A DNA stretch of 64,000 bases, taken from positions 1 to 64,000 of the forward strand of contig CAXNAD020000002.1 in assembly GCA_964200185.2 (NCBI GenBank), written 5' to 3'. The stretch comes from Choristocarpus tenellus KU-1152. Lineage: Eukaryota; Protista; Phaeophyceae. This document shows positions 26,031 to 37,593 of the stretch, in pieces. How positions within the stretch are numbered: position 1 is the stretch's first letter; each line of letters starts with the position of its first letter. A program made the translations under genes and the position numbers. The notes under the pieces are model-generated. The model was not told the origin of the DNA. It searched no databases and worked only from the letters and a program-made list of their open reading frames with translations.

Positions 26031-26445
26031 AGATCTTGTGGAAGTACTTGAGAGGGTTTTGTTGGTATGTGTGCATACTGGCCATTGAGAACATTCAGGA
26101 CAAGACCTGCATGTTGAGTGGTTCTGTTGCAGAGCACGTTGACCGCCCTCCTTCGTACACAAAGAAGACTATTGGAGAGATCTGACCCGTAAATTTGTAC
26201 TCTTGGGAGGTCTATCCCCCCATCAAGACAACATCCACTCTGTGATAGGGTAGCTTTGGTCAATGCAAGCTGATTATGACGGAAGACCATGAAATAAGAA
26301 GAGTTTTTCTGTGGACCAGGTAAATGTGACAGCAATGGGTCAGGGGTTGGTCCAAGTGAATTTTGATCGGACCAGTCCAGAGTCGTCAGAGAGTATAACT
26401 GGATCAGACTGTGGGCTGGCCCTGGTTAAATTTGCCTTGATAGGG

Positions 26446-26799
26446 CTTGAGTCTATCTCATATCTTTCACCTGGTAAGGGATTAAAATCTGCTCATTTTG
26501 ATGAAGCTAGAAAGTGTGATGAGCAAAAATGGGCCACCAATTTTAAATTAATGAGTAAGCTTGGAACTGCTGAAATTTCAAGCTCTTATATACAAAATGA
26601 TCGTTCTAGGAAATTAATATATAATGGTTCGAAGATTTCAGGCGGTGAATTATCTAATTTACTAAATGTTATTTGGCTTACTCCTCAGATGGAAAGTTTA
26701 TTTTTAGGAGGTGCGTCAACTAGAAGAAAATTTCTTGATAGAATAGTTTATGGTTTTGATTCAAAACATGCAAAAAATATAGCAAAATATGATCATTAT
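26446..26799 (+). pseudogene. recF: Internal fragment of a Rickettsiaceae-like RecF gene (118 uninterrupted codons, lacks Walker A and the C-terminal half)
   Basis: LESISYLSPGKGLKSA...MSKLGTAEI...YNGSKISGGELSNLLNVIWLTPQMESLFLGGASTRRKFLDRIVYGFDSKHAKNIAKYDHY. RecF motifs LEAIS.L.PG.GL, WLTP.M and RR.FLDR are present. SKLG.AE and YN.SKI...ELS recall Rickettsia RecF from memory. Intronless, ~31% GC by hand count, AT-ending codons. Confidence 0.92.
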
Positions 26800-26958
26800 A
26801 AATTGTCGACTCCTTTGAGTTTTTTAACTCCCTGTGGGAATTGACTAGTCTTTAACCGCTCAATCAAAAGAGATATTTTTAGTAAAAACTTCTTATTGAG
26901 TTTTTGCAGATCTTTTTTTAACATTTTTAGCTAATTCGATTTTATAGGTTCTAGACAA
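26797..26958 (-). pseudogene. relE: N-terminal half of a RelE/StbE-family type II toxin (one +1 frameshift in an A7 run, truncated at the recF junction)
   Basis: TTG start at 26958 gives (M)SRTYKIELAKNVKK(fs)DLQKLNKKFLLKISLLIERLKTSQFPQGVKKLKGVDNL, matching the RelE pattern Y.I......K.L.KL......I...I..L...P.P.G.KKLKG...Y. It ends just before the expected YRIRVGDYR. Confidence 0.8.
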
Positions 26959-26960
26959 GG

Positions 26961-26996
26961 TTAAATACCTAATTCTGATTTAACCTGATCCCAGGA
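26961..26996 (-). pseudogene. C-terminal tail of the cognate antitoxin gene
   Basis: Reads SWDQVKSELGI*, similar to the W/LEEVKKELGL* ending of many antitoxins encoded upstream of RelE toxins. Its TAA stop lies 2 nt before the toxin TTG, an operon-type spacing. Confidence 0.55.
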
Positions 26997-27402
26997 ATCG
27001 GGCTGAAACGAAGCCATAACGATGGTAAACTTGTAAAAATGTGTTATTGCAGAGGCAGACCAGGGCCATTGAGATTGGAACTGGACTGAGTCACCGCCGC
27101 TCATCAATATCATTAGATAAAACACATTTAAGTTGGTAGATTATTCTTGAACCATACTTTACAATCTGCTGTTGAAAGTGGAGCTTTTCGAATTATATTT
27201 CCACCATATTTGAGGTAGTCTCACAGGGCTACAAAATGAAAACATAAAATTTGATTTAACAGGGACATTCCAGGTCCATGAGGGATTATATCTGGACCTG
27301 ACTGCAAACCGACCCAGGTTAAACATTTCTAAACAGGACTGAACCAGAGTCATAGGGATAGTAAGCAGACTGGGCCTGTGAGCTGGTCTGGGTGAAATAT
27401 GG

Positions 27403-27618
27403 CCTAATAAGGGTGGAGTAGGTCCATCAAGACTGTACCCAGACCACGTGGTGGGTTGGACCATGGACCCGGCCCAGTCTGTCCAATTAGCTGCTGGTCT
27501 GGTCTGTCTACCTAATAAGGGTGGAGTGGGACCATCAAGACTGTACCCAGACCATGTGGTGGGTTGGGCCATAGACCCAGCCCAGTCTGTTTGTCCAATT
27601 AGCTGATGGTCTAGTCTA
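27403..27618. repeat. Two-copy 108-bp tandem repeat rich in GGACC/AGACC/GGTCT motifs (transposon subterminal-like)
   Basis: The unit starts CCTAATAAGGGTGGAGT at 27403 and again at 27511, and the copies are highly similar. It is followed by AGCCCTG, a possible element end. Confidence 0.85.
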
Positions 27619-28699
27619 AGCCCTGCACCAAGTCTCTAATACAAAAGAAAGCTATGTTTGGCTTTTCTGGACTAAATGAAAATGTTGCTTAGCACACCAT
27701 CAGCATCACATATTTCCAAGAATGCAACAGGGATGGAGAGCATGGAATACTTATTTTTGAAAGCTCTTCAATGCTATTGGTGGAAGTTCCCAAGGGGTGG
27801 AAGTTTTCTATATGTTACTGAAGAGGCGTCAATTCCAACCATGCTCTGTTTAGAGCACTGAGCACTTGAACTCTTGGGATATTTGTACTGATCATTGAGC
27901 TCTATACAGAAAGGTATCCACTCTAAAACAGAATTGCATCCCAACCTCCACACATTGTAGGAAGTATTACAGATCTCAGATCTACTGGTCCAACAGTAGC
28001 AATTCAAAATCACTTAGAAAAATTGTGATAAGGCCCCAAGAACAGGATAAAAACCATTTTATTTCTCTTGTAAGTTTTGCTGTAAAATTGGAAGCAAAGC
28101 CGGGATCGCTTTTGCTATGTCAAGAACCTTTTTCACAATGAGGTTGAATACAGGACCTATGGCAGGATCTACAACATAAACAAGTTTATGTTGCTCCACC
28201 AACAGTATAGTTCAGAATTATTTGTGATAAATAACTTACTATATTTTTTATTTTATACTGGTCCAGTCAAGAAAACTTAACAATTTTGTTCCTCCTCAAA
28301 ATTGAATGCCACCAAATTAAAACACCAAATTAGTGTCTACCTCACCTTCGAAACTTGTTTCTGGCTGTAGCTGTCAGAACATATTACATGTAAACAAATA
28401 CTGAGCAGTGGTGCAAGATACTTCTTCTAGGACTTCAACTTGATCTCAACTCAGAATGAAGCATTGTTTCAAGACTCTTGGTCACAGCCTTTGCTTTTCA
28501 GAATCATACAATCCTTCTGTAAGTGTGATACAGTTGGGAGACAGGGAAGATAGTATGAGAGGCACTAATCTTTGTGTTAGATCAGACTGTGATACCAATG
28601 GGAACATTGTTTTATCCAAAGTCCTTGTTGATTGTTTCCAGGAATTACTAAAACTAAGTCGTAGTATCTATTCTTGAAGATGCCGCAGAAATGCAAGAA

Positions 28700-30050
28700 A
28701 GGTTGAATATTGCTCATGTCCAAGGTTTACCAATACTGAATCATTCTCATCAGGATAACTCTCCTGCGAACAATAGTCACCACACTCTCACCATCCAACA
28801 GTCTAGTTGTGTATGACATAACTTGGACCTTGGGCAACTGCAAGGTAAAAGGTGCAATGTGTGACAACATGGCAAGTTTGTAATGCTCATCAGTCACATA
28901 TTGTTGCAGGAAAGTTGTAGGGCATACATATTTGCACACGGACAAACATATCTGAATAACACTAAAAAACTGAAGCCTTCCATTATATCCATACACTCCA
29001 AAATAGGACGTGTATATAAATATACAGATAATGATGGATATGTACATACGGTGTCCTGAATATTACTTTATATACATAAGCGCACACACCCACCATGCAA
29101 CACACTGGTAACATGTCATTTTCTGAAGTTTTTTTCAAGTTTTGACAAAAGTCTTAGGATTGTTTTTAAAAGTTCTGTAATACGAGAAATACAAAAGTGC
29201 ATGTACGTCCATATTTGCACAGAATTGAGGATTGTTCCAAACGTAAGATGCAAAATCTTCATGAAACAAAAGATTTAACAGATAAAATTCTTCAATAGAT
29301 TTATCACTTCAAGTTGGTAACTCTATCACTCCCAATACAGAGAGCCGCACAAGGGTATCTCTCCCGTACATATATTATATCAATAACCACTATGCTAGCT
29401 TTTCTATGAGTAATCAAAGAACAGATCATGCCTGGTGTGGGATGAATACAACGGTGCGCTCTTCTGTTGGATTTCTTGTATCTACCACCTGCTACACTTG
29501 ACCCAGGTCTCTCATGTCCCTTAGTGTGCAAGTCAAGAGTCAAACCTGGCATTGAAAGTTGTTCAAGACTATGAAAATGTGTCAGTAGCCTGCTTGATAT
29601 CATAGTGTTGATCAGGTTCAGTAGCTACTTGTAAAAAAATTAAATCTGTTCTTGTATGTGTTGAGAATCAATAATGCATGAGATCCACCGAATTTAATTG
29701 TCCAGTAAAATTAAAGGTATCACAGTACACTGGAGGAGAAAAACAAGGGTGTTTCATTCTCCCATGTATGACATTTCTTAAGTACATGTCAGTTATCTTC
29801 AAGAGATAAAGTGCAAATGTCAACATGAGAAAATAAATTTGACCCCTTTGGAGTGGTTTGGATCACTTGTGTATGCATGCATACAAGGGTTATGCATGAG
29901 AATCAAGCCTGTGCGGCGTGGTTGGTGCGGGCTGTACCTTTTGTTGTATATGAATCCAACATCTCATATCATGGATGCTCTGCTGTTCCTTCTCTGCCAC
30001 TGCAAGCACTATGTGACCACTGGGATCCTTCAGTTGTGTCAATTGTACAA
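28700..30050 (-). mobile_element. Possible decayed KDZ (Kyakuja-Dileera-Zisupton)-like transposase relic
   Basis: Fragmented frames give, in order, DVGFIY..YSPHQPRR (CxC-like SP..P), GMICSLITHRKASIVVIDIIYVRERYPCA (resembles CRH......D...GERY.Y) and TRLLDGESV (DGE motif). Motif resemblance only. Confidence 0.25.
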
Positions 30051-33000
30051 CTTGCACTACTGTTCCGTACAAGAGCAAACTCAGATCATACCTGTGGAAA
30101 AATTGCAGGATATATTATCAAACACATGACACGTGAGATGGTGAGCAGACAAATGAGGAATAATGTGCTGACTAGTGCAGTCCCCAAGGGTCATCTAATG
30201 GTCCACTTGAGTAGGATGGCATGCATATCTGACTTGAGCACATGCATGAGACCTACAGTTGGTATTTGGTATTATGACATGAACCAATGAGGTTTGAGAC
30301 AGAAAGTAGACATGTGTTATCGAGAAATGGCAATGATCACTGATTAATATGGCAAGCACCTGCAGCAGAGGAGTCGCCAGGTTTGTGAAAAAAAAACTAT
30401 TAACCCATGCCAAACCCAATCATGAACAAAAATAAAACACATTTGAAAGAGCATGTGTTTGCACACAAAGGCAAGAAGGGGAGGCAGGACTGGTAACATA
30501 TGTCCAGGCATAGCTTTGTAGCCAAGATCATAGATTCCAAAGTGTAGAGTGGTGTCTGGAGTCATGTTAGGGGTGCCTAAGGAATATGAAGTAGAAAACA
30601 AAATAGTACTTATATGTTGAACACCAGAATCAAAGCTGATTGATATACACTGCAATCCAACAAGTTGATTTAAAAAAATATTGTACAGGTCTTAGATCTC
30701 TGCTCTTATAGTTTGTGTGTCAACTCTGTAAGTCATGGAGGAGACAGGAATATTGGCATGCAGGACCAACCAAAATTCTAGCCAGGTCAATCCTTACATG
30801 GTTACAGTACAGTCCATGGAGTTTGAGGCAAAGGTGGTTTGGGATGTGGAATGGCGGTCAGATACCCAATGGTGGCACAGGTCATGAATCACTAGCCATT
30901 TCACAGGGCACACCCATCCTTCATTCCACCCCCTCTTGACTCATAGCAGGCAGTGGCACTTCACAATTCCAAGTTAGTCTCCCAACAAGGTTTCTATGCC
31001 CCTACCTGGTCAATGCACCAGTACTAACATTGAATGTGGATCAATACCTAGCCAACTACCACTAAAAGCAGGAACTCCTACAACTGTTCTGCTGTCTAGC
31101 TGGCACACAGACTACTAAAAACATGATGCAGCAAGAAGGTATCATAGCAGGTAGGGGCTGGGGTAGTGAATAATAAGAGTGATACTTCAAACTAGAAGAT
31201 CAGTTACATAGTATTACACAACATATCATAGTAGGAGTACAAATATAATAGTGAAGTCAAACAGGCTATCAGGATCCTTACATCTGGCTGAAATTTAACC
31301 TGCAATAGGGTCATGTTTGGGCATATTTGACAACTATTCCATATCCAAAAGCAACTTGACGTTTTGAAACATCTTAAGATATGTCAGGTTGATAACCAAA
31401 AACGTGTCATCCCTGAAGCTGTGCAAAATTTTAGAATACCTTCTCCAGGATAAATGAGTACACGAGGTGATGATAATTGGATTCCTCATCAAAAACGGGC
31501 TGGGTAGGACCTTTTCAATAGTAGAAATCAGCCCAAGACAGCTTCACTCTCACTTAAAAAAAAAGACTAACCCTTCATGCCCCAGTCAACCATGACCACC
31601 CAATGTCCATTCATGCTATGCATGACATGATTTTACTGATAACATGCAGCAATATCAACCTCTTGTCTTGCTATGAGTGAATTTTTTCAGTGATGGTCCA
31701 TCATAGTGCCTGTAAGAGCACCTTTTATGGAAGGGGTGCATATTATGTTGGTACTATAAATAACTCAGTTTTAGACCACCGTCATTGAATACGAACCTCA
31801 TAAAATGTACTCAATCCTCCAAATATATAGTTCAACTCCATAGATCAATGGTGACAGTGTTTATGGTTGCCCTGGTTATTATCATGTTCACCCTCGGAAC
31901 TTGATCAATGATCAGAGGTCCTACAAACCTGAATACTTTCCACGCTAGCCTACTGTTGCACTCTGTTTATACCTTGCTTCTAGCACATTGAGCTCAACCA
32001 TCCTGTTGCTGAAGTTCATGAGTGCACATTTGAGTTCAATAGACTGGTAAGACATAAACAGGGGGTTCCACACCTTGGCAGGCATTCAAGAGTATTTTAC
32101 TTGGTATTTCTACATGTCGTAAGTGCTTCCATGCCTCCACAATTTACGTATTTGATCATAAGGACCCATGTGAGAACTACACCTGAATACATAATGCAGA
32201 GGACCAAGTTCTGGTTGATTTGTGAGTGGCAAGGATCTCTATTGAATTATTATACGAACTACTTTGTCCTGGTCGAGGTTGAGTTAGTCAAGGTAGTAAA
32301 AGGATGGGGAATGCTGAATCTGCCAAGGACTGTTCACTTTCCTGAGAACCTCTCTTAATATTTTATTGTGTACAGTGGACAAGTAATCTGGATTCAGCTT
32401 TTTGGTTGAATGTGGGGAAAGAGTGGAAGGGTTGCAACCCCCATTACTTGTGTCCTCATAGCTCTGTGGTTACAGGCCAGTGTTCTATTTCAGGAGTGGA
32501 TGAATTGAAATCTTACCGATTCCAGATCTTTTGAGGGAAAATATGATTTTGATGATCTGAAGACTGTTGAAAGCGGCAGACTATACACCTGGACAATCCT
32601 GTTTGTGTATCACAAGAAAACACAGAAAGCCAATAAAAGGTTGCAAGGGTGTGTTGTTGAGGAGCACTCAGCCAACTGATCATATGTCTGAAATATATAC
32701 ACAGAAATGTGACAAAAACTGTACATGATGTATATTACATAGGTATGAAGGGTGACCTTGAATATTTAACATCTTACATTATATCCTCATTATCATGATT
32801 TTCTAGCATGTTTTGATAATGTTTAAATTTAATCTGTACCCTTGACTTCATACATACTCTTTTACAATGGAATTGTAGGGAAATACCCTTGTAGAGACAC
32901 ATGTGTAGTTCCACCTCCGACAGTATTTTTTCGCAATGGAAGAGGCTATCTAAAGTCTTAATCACTGGCCATGGACCATCGTTTACCAATGGGTTTTCTT

Positions 33001-34781
33001 AGTGCTCCCCACCACCAACTACATTCTAGTCTTCCTGTTCTGCTGGATTCTACCTACTTGTGCACTATCCCATTCTAGGAGACTCCCTTGAGACCAAGCT
33101 TTCACTCAAACAGCCAGGTCCAACACTCCACACTCTATCCCATGGTCTGGTCTCAGCAAAAGATGTAACGTATTGCTAGATGCAAAAAGGAGATGTGTAA
33201 ATACTGAGTTATTGCCCCCTCTCCCTTCTATCTGTTGTATATTCTATTTCATACTGCTTGTCTCCATGAAAAAAGCCTGGCGTCCAAGGGGTCAGACTCA
33301 CAAAATTCACTCAGGGAACAGCAAGGTAGTTAGTTCTGCACCTGACTCTATTCTGCCACAGCTACCTACACATATTTTGAGTTGGACGTAACTGCACACC
33401 CCCAAAAACCAAAAGAAAAAAAGGCAGCACTCCATCCTACCCCAATATAATCCTAATACAGTTTAATATCCTTGTTCCACTCTACAATAAATTTAATCTT
33501 GAACTTTGTGTATCACAGTCATCAGTCTTCTCCTGTAAAAACTCTCCTCTCAGTGGTTTTGTAGTATGCATTACTTACTCGAAGCAGTTATCAAGACTGA
33601 CCTTTGGTATCTCAAGAAATACAAAGAATATCAACACCAACAACTTACGTATTACCTCCTGAAGCTGTGTCTACAGGGCATAAATCATTGACTAGATAGA
33701 TAATACTCCATTTAGAGGTAGGAACAAAAAGATAAAGTCAGTGGCTACTGTGAAAGCCTGGCGTAAGGGGATACATTAGTTTAGAGGCACTAGGACAGGT
33801 AGACAATTCAAAGAATACATGTATGTAATTGCATGTATAGGCAGCAAATATTGTCTAACAAGCTACGTCAACACTCGATCGGGACTCAGGTATCAAGGGG
33901 GAGTGAATATAATTAGTCTTGTAATCTCCACAGAAGTGTTGCTTGCATGACCTGTGGTCCACACCTTCAGTCTTGACTGTATGTCTACCTGTGTTCAAGC
34001 ACTGAACAGCAACTACAGTAAGTGCTTTAGGGTGTTTTCTTGGTTTCATTGTTATGTCCAAATCTAGGATAATTTCGTATCTTAGCCTGTTCCAAGGAGC
34101 CTGAATTGATAAACTCAAATGGTACTTTCACATCTTTGCTGCAAGATTGAGGTCATGGACTGATGTGTGAAGTCCAATTGGCATCTCATTAATGTAGAGC
34201 AGTTTTGTTACCATAAGCTATTATATCAGTGCCACCATCACATGGCAAAGCACTTCTGATGGCTATGCACTTCTGAAGGTTATGCACCACTGATCACTTT
34301 GTTACCTGCCAATGGAATGGATTGGCAGTGAGATGAAGGGTGAGTCCTCCACAGGTGAGTAAGGACACTAACAGTGATTCACAACAAGAGGACAGCAGGG
34401 AGGGTTTCAAGTAACTAATGGCAAGAGATGGTAACCTTCAGGTACTGTTGACAGAGGAATGATCATCCTACTTACAAGGAAGTGAGCTACTGTTGTGAAA
34501 GCTCAAGTTGAACATCAACATAATATTTTCTTGGAGATGTCTAGTTTAGTCAATTTCCAAAGACTTCAAACAAATTGCACTCCCAACGAACAGCAATCAA
34601 TCTACACCCTTGAGCTTCATACCTGGTCTGACCCTAGACACTAAAATGTGGATTTTCTTCCTCACAGAATACTTCCTTCATACAGCAAAGAGTGTAAGCA
34701 TCAAGAGACAGTTGACACGCCTGTACCACCGACAACCAACTCCCCTCCACAATTTAAATATCATTTCATAGACTACATAGC

Positions 34782-37185
34782 TCACCGCAATTCAACGCAG
34801 AGTCGGCTGATGAGATCTTGTCGAACTCGCTCCTGTGTTTGGTATGGGAGAAGTATTGCTATTATAATTATTATATATACTCAAGCCACGTGCAACACAA
34901 CTTGAAAAATGGAAGAGCATTATCTTGAGCAGAAAATTCGTAACATAGATCCCAACTCACCTTAGCACTCAAAATGAGCACCTGAATGATGTAGAATGTC
35001 TTACCTGAAGCTTGTCGACTTCCTCATTTGTCAGAGATCTACTCATGGAACGATATGTGATGCGGAAGCAGTTACTCTGCCTCTGAGTCTTGGGGTGTAC
35101 AAAAGTATCCACAAGCTGGACCTGTGATTCGATGGCAATACATTGAACAAACTCAGGATGCGAGTAACTCAACAATTGAGTCAACAGTTCTTCTATCATG
35201 CAGCTATATCAAAGTGAGTGCTCACTAGGAGATCCAGCTTGCCTCGCCACCAACACCACTACACCATTAAGTCACATCTGTGCACAAAAAACAAAATGGC
35301 AAAGGAGCACCTCCTCAACCAGGTCCCCTGCAACATCACGAACAACCTCAAACATATCATTGTTATGAAATGTTCTCTCAGCTTCTCTTGGTAGCCAAAA
35401 GCTCACATCCTTGAAACATGGTGGATATTTGCTGTATGGTGTGAATTGAGATATTGTCCCTGCCTGCAGTACAAAGAGCCACAGTGAGAGGGTCAGACCA
35501 GCTCAATCACAACATTATGCTCAAGCATTGAGATGTCATAAAATGTTGATAATATAGTGCAATAAACATTCAAATAAATAGTATCAAGTAGTGACAACAA
35601 AAGGCACCCTTGCTGTTGGACCACATTTTTCATGTGTACCTTAAATTGGCTGGTAAACCGTTCATCATCTGACCAGAACAAGCGAATATCTGGGATTGAA
35701 AACAATACCATCGCTAGACGTTCCAGGCCCAAACCAAAGGCCCAGCCAGTTTCCTCTTGACGACCAGAATTTTGCATCACTTTTTCTTGAATGACTCCAC
35801 AACCGAGCACCTCCATCCAATCTCCCTGCCAATTAAATAGAAAGTAAGGAGTGGAACATTGCAGTTGATCTCAATCTTACACCTAGGCAACATAGGAACA
35901 GCTTAGTAAAAAATATGGCTATAGGCTATCACTATAGAAGGGAGGAAATGCTGAGGTTCAGGCAACAAAAGAATGAGATTGAAAATGATTTTTCCATACA
36001 TTGCAGCAAATGGATGGAATATTTAGTGCAAGATCCAGTAACTCTAGAATCTGATGTGGTGTATGACATCGACAATAAGACTGCAGTTGAAGGCGACATC
36101 TCACCCTGAAAAGTATCTCCAGTTCTGCTGAGTGGTGAGTGAATGGAAAGTAGGCATCCACCCAACGCATTTCCACGTCACCAAAGAGGTGCCTTGCCAG
36201 GCCCTCCAGGGCATTCTTGAGGTCACTGCTCACAATTGCTACTCTCGCCTCTATGTCAGTGGTCGGCGGAACCTGAGAGGGGAAGGCGGAGACAAGGGTC
36301 AAGACGTATCCAGACACCAACATGGTGATACATAGTTGGGTTTGTCGGCAGGCAACCTTTGAGGCAAGCGTGCCACTAAGGGTCTTGCAGGAGGTTTCTA
36401 TCTCTAACAGGACACCTTAATCAATACTGCAAGATGATATACATTCATTCAAAAACAATCTTGAGCATCTTTCCGACATTGCGTGTATCCAACGGAATTT
36501 GACAACGATGGCAGGAAAGTGAGGGTATGTGCAGCCGCCCACGCCAATAAAAGAGTGTCCAGACTCACCTCGTCGTCGCGGAACACACGGACTCCCTCCA
36601 TTTGGTGAAACACGGGGTAGTGACTTCGGTCGATCTCATCACGTCTGTACACATCTCCACACACTAGAAAGGAGTTCTGGCCCTGCATCAGAAGTGTTGT
36701 CTGGTGTGCGCTAGTGTGACACCTCAAGACTCTCGCTTCATCTACATAATAAGTATCAGTGGGCTGGCGGCTCACGTGATCCACAGGGATGAGAAGGGAA
36801 TCAAAGTTGTCATACACTGATACCACAGGTGGAAGGTCATCGAACACCTGGAAGTTGGGTTGTCCAAGCAGAGTATTGGGCTCTTGAAAGTAAACCTCGA
36901 TCCTGCAACAAGTTGGGGAATATCGGTATAACATAATTTACGTCTCATGAGAGCTCAGGTCAACCACCCCTGCTTGTATCGCATTTTCAATCGGACTAAC
37001 CTCTCCTTGATGATGTTCAGGGGATGCCCTACACGCAAGTGCAGGTTCTTCCCCACCTTCGCTGCCACTGATAGCGAAACGTTATTCGCCGGGTCATTGG
37101 TAATCACACGAGTAGCTGTACACAGGGGCCTCAGCAATGAGTTTGGCAATGGTCGGACCTTTCCCACTACCTTCCACAACATCAT
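34782..37185 (-). CDS. FARS2: Organellar (mitochondrial-type, monomeric) phenylalanyl-tRNA synthetase, FARS2-like
   Basis: Exons 37185-37001, 36902-36569, 36272-36105, 35825-35640, 35463-35311, 35121-35005 and 34832-34782. Motifs: [129 protein letters not shown], and the anticodon-binding segment [27 protein letters not shown]. Confidence 0.96.
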
Positions 37186-37593
37186 TCATGGTGGATGATA
37201 GATTAGGGGGGAAGATTACGTAGGGTTTTGGTAAAGAAGAAAACTCGAAGTACTTCTACCTCTACAACAAACTATATATATTGATTGTACTTGCCAAAAT
37301 TTGAAAATTTAGTTGAGTCTAACAAAAAAGGTCAAAGAGATCAAGAGGAACACGATGAAGTATTTCCGAGCTAAAAGTTGGCACATTCGAGGGAATCATC
37401 TGCCTATTCTCAGCGAAGCCGAGCGCGATGAAGAGGGTGCATGGCTTACCAAAAGAGCAGGTGGTTGGGTTGATGGTCAGTCCTCTCGTTCTGTTCCTCT
37501 TAGGGTTAGTCCACAATCTTACACACCTTTTCACACAGTGTTCGTCTCTGTCATATAATTACGAACAACCACCTCGACCACGCTCTGCGTGAC
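37186..37593. promoter_or_regulatory. Probable bidirectional promoter (PheRS / TIP41)
   Basis: About 410 bp between divergent start codons, with CpG-richer sequence than the surrounding introns. Confidence 0.5.

Noticed and set aside
26311-26844. 177-aa ORF as a functional RecF or a domesticated horizontally acquired gene
   Set aside because: It is a chance read-through of repeat-like sequence, the recF fragment and antisense relE. It starts at GTG and lacks Walker A and the C-terminal half.
27159-27618. Repeat-containing 137-aa ORF, or a CRISPR-like array
   Set aside because: Only two 108-bp tandem units with no unique spacers and no cas genes, in a eukaryotic context. The peptide repeat simply reflects the DNA repeat.
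34000-34230. Reverse-transcriptase-like words on the minus strand (NKTAL, YINEMPIGL)
   Set aside because: Isolated short matches without a YxDD motif in proper context.
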